Shown here one piece after another: positions 51,781 to 63,725 of a stretch of 64,000 nucleotides of DNA (position 1 is the first letter of the stretch; each line of letters begins with the position of its first letter). A program made the translations under genes and the position numbers. The notes under the pieces are model-generated. The model ran no database searches. It was given only the letters and a program-made list of their open reading frames with translations, and was not told the DNA's origin. Location of the stretch: NCBI RefSeq assembly GCF_001194135.2, contig NC_068989.1:25385295-25449294 (forward strand), written 5' to 3'. The stretch comes from Octopus bimaculoides. Its lineage: Eukaryota.

Positions 51781-52910
51781 TTTAAGTGAAGTAATTCAAT
51801 GCTTGATTGGCACTTAANNNNNNNNNNNNNNNNNNNNNNNNNNNNNNNNNNNNNNNNNNNNNNNNNNNNNNNNNNNNNNNNNNNNNNNNNNNNNNNNNNN
51901 NNNNNNNNNNNNNNNNNNNNNNNNNNNNNNNNNNNNNNNNNNNNNNNNNNNNNNNNNNNNNNNNNNNNNNNNNNNNNNNNNNNNNNNNNNNNNNNNNNNN
52001 NNNNNNNNNNNNNNNNNNNNNNNNNNNNNNNNNNNNNNNNNNNNNNNNNNNNNNNNNNNNNNNNNNNNNNNNNNNNNNNNNNNNNNNNNNNNNNNNNNNN
52101 NNNNNNNNNNNNNNNNNNNNNNNNNNNNNNNNNNNNNNNNNNNNNNNNNNNNNNNNNNNNNNNNNNNNNNNNNNNNNNNNNNNNNNNNNNNNNNNNNNNN
52201 NNNNNNNNNNNNNNNNNNNNNNNNNNNNNNNNNNNNNNNNNNNNNNNNNNNNNNNNNNNNNNNNNNNNNNNNNNNNNNNNNNNNNNNNNNNNNNNNNNNN
52301 NNNNNNNNNNNNNNNNNNNNNNNNNNNNNNNNNNNNNNNNNNNNNNNNNNNNNNNNNNNNNNNNNNNNNNNNNNNNNNNNNNNNNNNNNNNNNNNNNNNN
52401 NNNNNNNNNNNNNNNNNNNNNNNNNNNNNNNNNNNNNNNNNNNNNNNNNNNNNNNNNNNNNNNNNNNNNNNNNNNNNNNNNNNNNNNNNNNNNNNNNNNN
52501 NNNNNNNNNNNNNNNNNNNNNNNNNNNNNNNNNNNNNNNNNNNNNNNNNNNNNNNNNNNNNNNNNNNNNNNNNNNNNNNNNNNNNNNNNNNNNNNNNNNN
52601 NNNNNNNNNNNNNNNNNNNNNNNNNNNNNNNNNNNNNNNNNNNNNNNNNNNNNNNNNNNNNNNNNNNNNNNNNNNNNNNNNNNNNNNNNNNNNNNNNNNN
52701 NNNNNNNNNNNNNNNNNNNNNNNNNNNNNNNNNNATATATATATATATAATGTTATATATTTACATATATACACGTATCTGCATATATACATACACATAT
52801 TAATATAATCACATATTCACGTACATACATAGATACATAGATACATACATATATACATAAATAAATTAATACGTTCCAAGTCTACTCAAAACTGAAAGTA
52901 ACATCTTCAG

Positions 52911-53053
52911 AATTGGAAACTACGAGGCAGATACTCTGAGAATACAACTGTTTCGTACGACCTTAAAGATGCTGGACCCGCCCTACCGAAACAGAATCTC
53001 AGAGGCGTAGCTGGCATCAGAATAGCAAAAAGCAATGCATGGTTACAAATCCC
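52911..53053 (+). CDS. Candidate internal host exon (143 nt), possibly the start of a LamG/concanavalin-A-like domain
   Basis: ATCTTCAG| ... CC|GTATGC. Stop-free NWKLRGRYSENTTVSYDLKDAGPALPKQNLRGVAGIRIAKSNAWLQI, with in-frame stops shortly outside both boundaries. The domain guess is pattern-based only. Confidence 0.35.
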
Positions 53054-54079
53054 GTATGCTAGAGGATAAGATCAGTATTTAGAGGTAGACTATAAATACA
53101 TTACATTCCATCTACAAGAATATAACTTCGGTATCTTGAAGCAGGTTAATGCAAGGTGAATAAATAGCACCTAAATAACTGATAAGAGAAACGAAAATGC
53201 GACTAAAACTCCCCAGTTTCATAGAAAATGTCTCTTCCTCTATAGCACAGCGTTTCATACCACTCACATCATCAGCAACTGCCCCCTACCGGCGCCTGAG
53301 GGATGATATATTTGCAAAGACTATTTATAATGCTGTCCGTCAGTATGTCAGAATCAGCATGTATTACATTTTACTACTAAATATAAATGTAGGCGTGTGT
53401 GTGTATTATACAAGCAAACAACCAAACATACATACATACATACATACATACATAAATACATACATACATTCATACATACACACATACATACATACATACA
53501 TACATACATACATACATACATACATACATACAACTGTTCCACTCAGTGTACAGTTGTGGAAAGCCGATTCAAAGCAGTCTATCGCTGGAACTGTAAAAGT
53601 CTGCAAAACTTCCCAGAAATTTATCATTTAAGTATATATGAGCATGTCTAGATATGCAACTATATGTACGAGAATATATACATACAACAAAACATACAAA
53701 TTTGCACATATCTATATACACATACAAAAATACCCTGTTGATGTTGAAGTTCCAATAAAAGAACCTTGGATGTAGGTTAGAAACTGTTGATTAAAATGAT
53801 GAAGATTACATATGAAATAGTCATTTCCCCTTTAAAAAAGAATCAAGTTGAAAATGTCGACACTTCAAGCAGTCCTATGAGCTACCGCCGTCCGTCCTTT
53901 TTTCTTATTTTCTGTTTTCGTCCCTTAATCATTCATACAACTTTCGGCGCGCTGTGGATTTGAAAGACAGAAATTCCCCCTATATTTTTGTGAGATATTT
54001 TTGAGTCACGGGTACTTGATTGTTTTTTAAATGGGAAAATTACTATTTTATTTTATTTAATATAAAATATTAATCTTTA

Positions 54080-54791
54080 TCAACTTAATCAAAGGGTAGA
54101 AAAACAGAGAGACTACCAATATAGACGGAGATCAGGTGCAATGGTAGGAGTTGAATCTCATAATAATGGAAAAAGAAACAACAACAAATGCCACTGCAAC
54201 TTTGAAATCGTTGTCTCGGTGAAGTCAATTAAATTCGTCATCAAGTACACACTGAATGGAAATGACCAAGCTACTGTTCAAATAAAAATGATAACGAAAT
54301 TAGTCAATATTTAATGGCTAGGTATCGGACCACCGGAAGCAGTTGCATTCACTTAAGTGCTTCAGTTCGTGAGACTGCCAGTGCAATAGTGAGACAACCA
54401 GATGAACAAAAAATATTGCTCAGTGATTATGAGGATATATATGGTTGTCAATGAGTAAAGTATGAAAACAACGTTGACAGATTTCTTTTGATTGTGCATC
54501 AATGATGACTTTACAAAAACATTACTTTATGCTGAATTACCAATGTATTTCACTTGGAACAGTAGTAACAAATAATGACAAAGAAAGCGAGGAAAAAATG
54601 GTGAAGGCCATTTGAACGTTTTCAAAGAAGAAACACTTAGTCATGTTTGTGTTGTCACATCAAAGGGAGGTAAACTGTATTATTTAAGAATTTTGTTACA
54701 TGAAGTTCGAAATAATACTTCTTCCTTTCCCGCTGCGCAACGTCATATTCAACTTCTTTGTGACCCAACGGATCACGGCGGGTACATCTAG
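54080..54791 (+). mobile_element. Helitron fragment (Rep-helicase linker) followed by a 3' hairpin and CTAG terminus
   Basis: CNFEIVVSVKSIKFVIKY, TTLTDFF*LC..LLYAELPMYFTWN and LYYLRILLHEV. Imperfect hairpin ACCCAACG/CGGCGGGT (54763-54783), then CTAG|T (54788-54792). Confidence 0.8.
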
Positions 54792-54799
54792 TATATATA

Positions 54800-55055
54800 T
54801 AAACCATGAACTCAAATGAAGTTGTCAAAGAACAGTTCTACTCTGAGCAACGTAGCCAGTTGAGAGATGTCTCTATCCATGATAAACTTTCTCTTTGATG
54901 ATTTCCATGCACGCGTAGGTTGGGATACATCCATATGAAGTGACGTAACAAAGAAACACGGGATTGGCAAGGCAAACACAAACGGCCATCTGCTGCTTAT
55001 GTTTTGCAGTGGGTATGAGTTTTGATTACTAATACTATTTTCTAACTCCCGGTCC
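54800..55055 (+). mobile_element. RTE-type LINE AP-endonuclease fragment
   Basis: NSNEVVKEQFYSE..DKL..DFHARVG..KHGIGKANTNGHLLLMFC..ITNTIF. Confidence 0.8.
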
Positions 55056-55551
55056 TGATTGTCCTTAGCTCAAAGATTAGAGTAATATTTAATTTTGATA
55101 CTTTAATGTTCTTATTCCATCATCACTGGTGTAAATGCCAGTAGGTGTGAAACAACTTTGTTTAAGTTTGCGTAGGGAAATTTAGTTTCCAAACAATTGT
55201 TCGCATTTTGTACACACATCAGTAGCTAACAAGTAAAGGGGATTGTGTTAATTTTGGTAGCAGGTTATGATTTTGCTTGTATTTTTAATTTCAAGTTTCA
55301 GAGGAGGGTCTAGAGATGATATACCTTCCAACCAACACAAGCACATTCGAGAATGGCACGACAAGTATAACGTTATTCTTTTCTACGTCTCTTCGAAGAC
55401 GATATTCTAATAGCTGCTAAAATATAAGCGCGTATATTAATATTAGTGACTGTTTCACTGCTCGGAGCGAACGCACGAACTCGTGCATGCGGGCATGAGT
55501 AAGTTCAAACAATTATCTTTAGACACAAGAAAATTCATTATCATTTATCGA

Positions 55552-55614
<63 letters not shown>

Positions 55615-57139
55615 TTATCTCCCTCTCTCTCTCTCTCTCTCTCTCCCTCTCTCTCNNNNNNNNNNNNNNNNNNNNNNNNNNNNNNNNNNNNNNNNNNNNN
55701 NNNNNNNNNNNNNNNNNNNNNNNNNNNNNNNNNNNNNNNNNNNNNNNNNNNNNNNNNNNNNNNNNNNNNNNNNNNNNNNNNNNNNNNNNNNNNNNNNNNN
55801 NNNNNNNNNNNNNNNNNNNNNNNNNNNNNNNNNNNNNNNNNNNNNNNNNNNNNNNNNNNNNNNNNNNNNNNNNNNNNNNNNNNNNNNNNNNNNNNNNNNN
55901 NNNNNNNNNNNNNNNNNNNNNNNNNNNNNNNNNNNNNNNNNNNNNNNNNNNNNNNNNNNNNNNNNNNNNNNNNNNNNNNNNNNNNNNNNNNNNNNNNNNN
56001 NNNNNNNNNNNNNNNNNNNNNNNNNNNNNNNNNNNNNNNNNNNNNNNNNNNNNNNNNNNNNNNNNNNNNNNNNNNNNNNNNNNNNNNNNNNNNNNNNNNN
56101 NNNNNNNNNNNNNNNNNNNNNNNNNNNNNNNNNNNNNNNNNNNNNNNNNNNNNNNNNNNNNNNNNNNNNNNNNNNNNNNNNNNNNNNNNNNNNNNNNNNN
56201 NNNNNNNNNNNNNNNNNNNNNNNNNNNNNNNNNNNNNNNNNNNNNNNNNNNNNNNNNNNNNNNNNNNNNNNNNNNNNNNNNNNNNNNNNNNNNNNNNNNN
56301 NNNNNNNNNNNNNNNNNNNNNNNNNNNNNNNNNNNNNNNNNNNNNNNNNNNNNNNNNNNNNNNNNNNNNNNNNNNNNNNNNNNNNNNNNNNNNNNNNNNN
56401 NNNNNNNNNNNNNNNNNNNNNNNNNNNNNNNNNNNNNNNNNNNNNNNNNNNNNNNNNNNNNNNNNNNNNNNNNNNNNNNNNNNNNNNNNNNNNNNNNNNN
56501 NNNNNNNNNNNNNNNNNNNNNNNNNNNNNNNNNNNNNNNNNNNNNNNNNNNNNNNNNNNNNNNNNNNNNNNNNNNNNNNNNNNNNNNNNATATATATATA
56601 TATATATATATAAGTATATGCATATATATTATTTTGTTTAAGCATAAGCGGCAATAACCTTCGAAATTATAGAAATGGTTGAGTACCTCTCAGTTATCCA
56701 AATTCCAGTTATCCAAATTGACCAAAACGAATGAAGAAAATTCCCCTTGATCCAAACACACCCACTTCTTAGATTAGGTTTTATATATTTCATGTGCCTG
56801 TATTGAGTTTACATATATTTCGCCATGATGCAGTTTATCGAACTCTGTTTATCTTTATTTTCTTCCTGATTTACTGTGCATCTGTATCTATAAAAATTCC
56901 TTCCTCCTACAGAGTTATGAAAAACAAGTTTCTTAACACAAACATCTACATATACATCAGAAATACACAGTATTTTTTAGTCTTTTACATAATTGTTCTT
57001 TATTACCATAATTTGTCAAAATATATTGCAATTTCTGTCCTTGTGTACACTATACACGATGGTTCATTGCCGTTTATATATTTATCCGGTAATTTACATT
57101 TAAGGAGGCATTTATGCGTGTGTGTATAAATGTATATGT

Positions 57140-57182
<43 letters not shown>

Positions 57183-57284
57183 NNNNNNNNNNNNNNNNNN
57201 NNNNNNNNNNNNNNNNNNNNNNNNNNNNNNNNNNNNNNNNNNNNNNNNNNNNNNNNNNNNNNNNNNNNNNNNNNNNNNNNNNNN

Positions 57285-57322
<38 letters not shown>

Positions 57323-57515
57323 CAAACACGCACACACACACACACACACACGCAAACAAACACACACACATACGCACGCACACATACACACACCGTTGTC
57401 ATTTGAATGTGTTTTTTTAATGAGAATATCTGATATGTTAGAGGATATGGATAGTTTTATTACGTCAGGTAATTTGGCTGACAGTTGGTTTCCAGACGCG
57501 ATGCGTAAACAAAAA

Positions 57516-58101
57516 TAATTAATAGCGACAGAAGCAGTGTTAATATCAAAAGTCAATATTTATCTCCCACTTAATGTGTTTTCCTAGAACACAGAATACT
57601 GCGTTATGTACTACGGGATAAGCTCTCATATAAACTCGTGGTTCATAAAAGTACTCGTGTCTATATCATTGACAGGCGATACCTGTCTGCTACGTCCGAC
57701 AGAAATGTCAAGTCTAGAGATATTGCCCTTCCGTGGGTTTGTCAATGACAGATGTCCAGCGTAGACATAGTCGCCGATTCATCTGTCAACGATATATAGA
57801 GTATCATTGTCACTTCATTTACTAGTATCGCAAATAACCTTTGGGCCTATTGAAAATTAATTAATAGAGAAAAAGCAGAAGTAAAAACAAAAGGATCTTT
57901 TTTTTCCAATTAATGTGGTTGGTGTATTAGAAGGCAGTTCCGGCGGACGTAGCGGTCAGTTATCACCCGGCAAAAATAAACACACGATCGCTTTTATACA
58001 CCACATGTCCATAAGAGATGTCATTTGGTGGTTAATAAGGAAGTATACTGTGTTTTAACACACAAATTCCATATTAAGTGGGAGATAAATATTACCTTTT
58101 G
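57516..58101. mobile_element. Degenerate foldback/MITE element
   Basis: 57547-57578 vs 58070-58101 is a 32-bp inverted repeat (3 mismatches). Further inverted pairs lie at 57587-57600/58042-58055 and ~57621-57655/57990-58020. Confidence 0.65.
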
Positions 58102-58189
58102 TGTAGAAAATAGTTTTCTCTTGTGTTAGAAAAAAATATTTTTGTTTAATATCTCTGCTCGGAGTTTCTGTTGAGTTTCGTATAAAATA

Positions 58190-58790
58190 TCTTTAAAAGA
58201 TATTCCTTCAAATATAAGAAACAGCAATTTGTCCACATCTTTTGCAACACGTTTTAGACGGTTCTCAGAAAATAAAAAATAAAAAAACTCTATATACGAA
58301 CGGAGGTTATTTTTATAGAGTGATTCAAAGACTATTTTAAAAGAAAATTAGATAAATTACCTGGATGACTGCTTCGTAGATTAAATCAGAAATAACGAAA
58401 AACTTACAAAATTTCAAGAAATAATCAATAGCATCCATGAATCAATCACATTTTCAATGCAAATGAAAAGCAAAAGAAGAAAAAAAAAATGGAAGGCCAG
58501 TTTTAGATATTCTAAAAAGTAGGAAAATAGAATTTTTACAGCCAATTTCTACTGCATAGAAACGGATATACACAAGTACACAGACTACAGATTTTGCCGT
58601 ACTAACAGAAATATTCCATTTATTATGGCACACTGCATATGTCATAGTCTCAACTAGACTAGAGCAACGGCTTTACCATCATCAGTTATTCGCAAAAACA
58701 ATTAGATATTTGAATCTTACCACTTCGCTATATGCCAAAATAGAATACTCTGAAAAAAAAAAAAGTGAGAAAACATTTATATAACACAAT
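58190..58790 (+). mobile_element. Penelope-like RT C-terminal remnant
   Basis: YLDDCF..KLTKFQEIINSIHESITFSMQ..PVLDIL..ETDIHKY..NIPFIMA. Confidence 0.75.
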
Positions 58791-59420
58791 AAATCAATAT
58801 TGACTTATGAAGGTACTTGTCTTTATCTNNNNNNNNNNNNNNNNNNNNNNNNNNNNNNNNNNNNNNNNNNNNNNNNNNNNNNNNNNNNNNNNNNNNNNNN
58901 NNNNNNNNNNNNNNNNNNNNNNNNNNNNNNNNNNNNNNNNNNNNNNNNNNNNNNNNNNNNNNNNNNNNNNNNNNNNNNNNNNNNNNNNNNNNNNNNNNNN
59001 NNNNNNNNNNNNNNNNNNNNNNNNNNNNNNNNNNNNNNNNNNNNNNNNNNNNNNNNNNNNNNNNNNNNNNNNNNNNNNNNNNNNNNNNNNNNNNNNNNNN
59101 NNNNNNNNNNNNNNNNNNNNNNNNNNNNNNNNNNNNNNNNNNNNNNNNNNNNNNNNNNNNNNNNNNNNNNNNNNNNNNNNNNNNNNNNNNNNNNNNNNNN
59201 NNNNNNNNNNNNNNNNNNNNNNNNNNNNNNNNNNNNNNNNNNNNNNNNNNNNNNNNNNNNNNNNNNNNNNNNNNNNNNNNNNNNNNNNNNNNNNNNNNNN
59301 NNNNNNNNNNNNNNNNNNNNNNNNNNNNNNNNNNNNNNNNNNNNNNNNNNNNNNNNNNNNNNNNNNNNNNNNNNNNNNNNNNNNNNNNNNNNNNNATATA
59401 TATATATATATATATACATA

Positions 59421-59453
59421 CAGGCGTGGCTGTGTGGTAAGAAGCTTGCATCC
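59421..59453 (+). mobile_element. SINE family 1 head only (cut off before the B box)
   Basis: CAGGCGTGGCTGTGTGGTAAGAAGCTTGCATCC, then an abrupt switch to unrelated sequence. Confidence 0.7.
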
Positions 59454-61000
59454 GTTATAGTGTTTGCTCGTCGAATTGTTGGTTTTGTTTTTAACACATG
59501 TGTTTTTGTTTTTTTGCTGTCTTACGGAGCCACGTTTTCCCTCTTGTCTAATGGAGGGGCATCGGGCGAGGAGTCGTGAAGTTTTGAATTCTTCTTCTTC
59601 AGAATTTTTGTCGCTTGAGGAAGGGATGGTGCAGTTTTTTGAAGAAAATTGACGAGGTGATGGAGACGAAGAATTACGCAGAGGCGACGAAAGAAAGGAG
59701 TGAAGACGTAAGGTTGCAGGATACAAGTAAATTCAAGGAAATGATTAAAAGGGAGGGGAACGATGAGAAGGTGTCCTCCCAGAAAGGATTGTTAAAAGAA
59801 AGAGATGAGACAACAATAATCTACAGAACGTACTCGGTAGCAGCCACGAAGATTGAAATCATGACGACGGCTCAAGTGGAAAGGGCACTTAAACCAATCT
59901 GGCAAGGAATTTCATACCTTGCCACAAGAAGAACATTTGGGACGGTGGAGGTGCGGTTTCGGGAAGTAGCTACTGTCAGGCTGCGCTCAGCAACACCTTT
60001 AAGACAGTAAAAGTGGTGCTTCTACCCGTATACCTTGGGAGATGTGCTCCCAGGGTTAAGGTAGAAGATATACCCCCAGAAGTGGATGTAGCCCGGCTGG
60101 TAGCTGCCATACTGCTAGCCATGGAGGAGAAGGTGGTGGTCCTCCAGCCACCATAACATCGCACAGGAATTGGCAAGGACAAAGCCTGGACATGGTAGTA
60201 CAGGTTACCTCGGAAGATATCAAAAGTATGCTAGAGAATATTACGGTCGGCAACGTTAAACTAAAGTCAGAGTGGAAGAAAGGGAGGATTCTGCGGTTGC
60301 TATAAATGTGGATTGAAAAGTCACATTAGAGCGCATTGTTCTACGCCACCCGTGAAGGTTAAGGAAAGACAAAACCTCGAGAAAGTAGTTGACACTCCAC
60401 TGCCCGTAGAGGCTAAAGAGAGGCGTGAGAAGGAGAATGAAACGGTACCACAGACGAAAGGAAGTACCAGCGTCGAGGAAGAGAAAGCGACCACCAGCTG
60501 GGAAATGGTAGGAAAAGAAGAAAGAGGAGAAAGAGGACATATGTGGTAAAGGATGAACCACCAACCCACACCTACTCCCTACAGACATCAACCTTCCCCA
60601 TGCCCTGCCTGATGTAAACACAAACGCAAACACACGGGAGCCTCAAATTTATCCACTGTGATACGTACAACGGACATTTATGTGATAATGTACAACAGAC
60701 AAAGCGAAGAACTTTACAATAAGATAGACTCGTGGGATGGAGTGATAAAAGGGGTTGTAACGGGATAAGGGGTCTGCCGGAGTACACTCACTGTGCGATG
60801 GCAGGCCTATCTTATCTGTTCAGATTAATGAATTATGTGGAAAACTTTGACTGCGAGTGGTGTGTCAAGAAAATAGACATCAGCACAATGCCTGAAAGGG
60901 TAAAATATTTTGCTAGTTTAAAGAAGTATAATATAGATATTCTGCGGAAAAATGGAGATCAACTGTTTCAAATGATGTCGTAAATAGTGTTGTAAACTAG
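59454..61000 (+). mobile_element. L1/Tx1-type ORF1 unit, copy 2 (no ORF2 behind it)
   Basis: ERALKPIWQGISYLATRRTFGTVEVRF, LLPVYLGRCAPRVKVEDIPPEVDVA, intact knuckle CYKCGLKSHIRAHC and a C-terminal segment ending QLFQMMS* at 60983. Confidence 0.8.
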
Positions 61001-61069
61001 CGTTCTATAAAAGAAGTTATATTAACAGGCTCAATGAAGTCGCTTGGAGGTGGGGACGAACGGTTTCAT

Positions 61070-63725
61070 TTCATTTTTCATTTTATCTAATTCATCATTT
61101 CCATTCATTTTTCTCCCCCCACCTTGTGGTTTCCCTTCTGTGTATGGCCTTCTTGGCCAATTTCACGATATCAAGAAGCTTGCTTCGGGTTTGAAAACTT
61201 CGGTCGTGTTTTAGTTGCGCTCTTTAAGTTATCATTTTTATTGTTGAAACTCTGTTATTTATTGTAAACTGTCGTTGAAAATTATTGTTGACGATTATTA
61301 TTATGAACTCTTGCCTGTCTGCAGGCTGTGTTGGACTATTTTATTTCCCGGTATTCCAGGGAATAGTGAAATTTTTGTAGCCATTTGGTTTTCGTTTATT
61401 TGACTGGATTCTTCAACTGAGTGCATTTAAAAACTTTTTCCTTAGTAGGCATTGTTGAACTGTGCCGCACCCCCAAACGTGGGTGGTATTTGAACTGTTG
61501 TTCCTATTGTGAGGAATTTATTTTTTGAACTGTGGAAAAAATAAAGGGGAAACCTACAATTTTCTTTTGAGAAAAAAAAATGTATTCAGCCATTTTGGCT
61601 TTTTTGGAACTGTAACCCTCTCCCTGACGGCGGTGGGATTTGAACTGTTGTCCCTCATGAAAGGAAGTAAATTTTTGAACAGAAAAAAGGAACGGAAGCC
61701 TATTATTTTTCCTTTGGAAAATTTTTTTTATTTTTCAGCCGTTTTTGGCTTCATTGAGCTCCACCCCTTCCACTGAAAGAGATTGGATTTGAAGTTATTG
61801 ACCCCCCCCCACCAATTTTAGAACTGTGTCTTTTTGCTCGTGTTTTCTGCTAATTTGTCTCGACCGAAATGTCGACGGAGATAATAAGACAAAAATTCCT
61901 CTCGAAGTGTGTGATGCTTTGGAGGCTAACCAGCCTCCAAAACAAGTCACCAAAGGCCTTGCGGCAGTCGCCGCCGTATAAATGGAAATGTGGATATCCC
62001 ATTGGGGAAACTCCAGGAAATGTGGAAAAGAATGACAGAGGAGGAGAGTGAAGTAAAAATATCACCTCCCAGCAACACAAAACAAGAAATAAAAAAAAAC
62101 AATTATATTCAAAACGTTCTGCCCAGAAGTAAAAAAAAATAAAACATATGTAACAGAACAAAATTGAAAAATGACTGGTACCCATATGGAGAGATATTAG
62201 CTATATAACAAGAGGAAGGAAGTTTGGCACAATAGAAGACAGATTCAGAACAACAGATATGGCCCGCGAGCACTCTGTCAGCCCGTTGAAGACAAAAGAT
62301 GCGGTGCTTCTGCCAGCCTCTATGGTGTCAGGTACCACCGGAGTTTGATACCGCATGGGTGATGACCGCCATGTTGTTTAACAGGAAAGATAACATTAAT
62401 ATCCTACAATTAACACGTTCTTCCCCCTAACATTGGCTCGGGCAGAACATTGTAGCCACCATTCAAGCGGCACCGGAAGACCTAGAAAGGATTCCTGACA
62501 GAGTGCTTGTGGGCGAGGACGTGGTTCTCAAAATTCAAGTAGAGGGCAAAAAAATCTAGATGTTTTAAATGTGGCCGAAAATGCCACATAAGTGTTGACT
62601 GCGACGCGGGAGAAAAGAAAAGTAATGTAAAGGCCCAAAGTTCTGTGAAAACATATACATCCGACCCCTCACAAACCAAAAAAACTGCTCCCAAATGCAC
62701 ACAAACACTAGCTCCTACACTAGCAAAGACACCCACTCCCCCAACTGTGATTCTCACATAAATCCCCAAATAAGTATTCCAAAAGCCCCAACCCACGCAC
62801 ACACCAGTCCCGACAACAACAAAAATATCCACCCCGTCAACGTCGACGTCACCTGACAGTAAAATTGAAACTCACCCAGATGACACCATGGAGGCTGTCG
62901 AAGGGAAGTACACACTTGTTCGCACATTGACCAAAAGAACGTTGATATAATCCCCGTCCCCATCCCCACAAAAACGGAAAATACAGTAACTCAGACATTA
63001 AAAAAAACCCCGCCCAGCCGTCCAAGAAAAACCAGGCGAAAGGAAAAATACACAAGTAATGTGATAGCGCCACACTACATTATATCCAAAGCACAAGGAC
63101 TACCCTAGACAATGTACCTGGATAGGCAAGATATTATGTAAACAACTAAAGGGGAGGCATCCAAAAGCCATCTCTAGGTCAAAAGACGTTCAAAAATACC
63201 TCAGGAAAGAGGAGAAAAGAGGGGAGCCCCCACATCGCCAACGAAAAGTAAGTAGAGCGTTTACTGTTTCTTAAAATGTCAACTCTGAACCTTGGTTATT
63301 TAAATGGGCGTGGTCTGAGCTCGAAGTGGAAAAAAACATGTTTCCTCGACGACCTCAGATCACATGATATACATGTGATGGTTGCTACAAAGACCAATCT
63401 GGATAGGCTACAAACCTTCTCAGCTCTCCTGAATGGCTATGACAAAATCATGTCTCCTGGTCAGACCGGAGGTCGAGGGGGGTGTAGTAGTCCTGGTCCA
63501 GAAATCTTGGCTCTGCAGACAAATATAGTCGTTGTGGAATCTGAAGGTGGGCTGATCGTCCTTGACGTGACATACAGCAACAAAGCCCTCAGGTTAATCG
63601 GTATTTACGCACCTTGTGCAAGAATGCAGCAAACTGATCTATATCGGCGCCTAGAGAAATTTCTCGTGACGTCCAAGACATTAGTTGTGCTAGGAGACTA
63701 CAATGCTATCCTGGATGCAGACCTC
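61070..63725 (+). mobile_element. L1/Tx1-clade LINE, copy 3: 5' UTR, ORF1 and ORF2 endonuclease start, 3'-truncated
   Basis: ORF1 PIWRDISYITRGRKFGTIE and knuckle CFKCGRKCHISVDC. ORF2 from 63276: MSTLNLGYLNGRGL..VATKT..GGLIVLDV..LIGIYAP..VVLGDYNAILD (APE). Homology is lost after ~63725. Confidence 0.85.
61457..61800 (+). repeat. ~150-bp degenerate tandem monomers in a putative L1/Tx1 5' UTR
   Basis: Units start at 61457, 61607 and 61756 (partial). Units 1 and 2 share GAACTGT..GGTG..ATTTGAACTGTTGT.CC..TTTTTGAAC..TTCAGCC.TTTTGGCT. Confidence 0.75.

Noticed and set aside
53246-53336. Candidate exon QRFIPLTSSATAPYRRLRDDIFAKTIYNAVR
   Set aside because: Plausible splice sites, but its open frame is incompatible with the phase-2 end of 52911-53053 and I recognise no homology. 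Left unresolved.
558-57556. ORFs with poly-N/I/L/R/F/H or YIYI/CVCV/THTH runs
   Set aside because: These are translations of microsatellites.
2838-59726. Long ORFs in the track made mostly of X (e.g. 2838-3629, 18791-19534, 42518-43663, 51782-52808, 55483-56654, 58777-59726)
   Set aside because: They span N-gaps (~2895-3438, 5299-5447, 13197-13425, 18954-19403, 21484-21524, 28269-28295, 29607-29824, 38056-38229, 42574-43477, 51818-52733, 55656-56589, 57183-57284, 58829-59395) and are artefacts.
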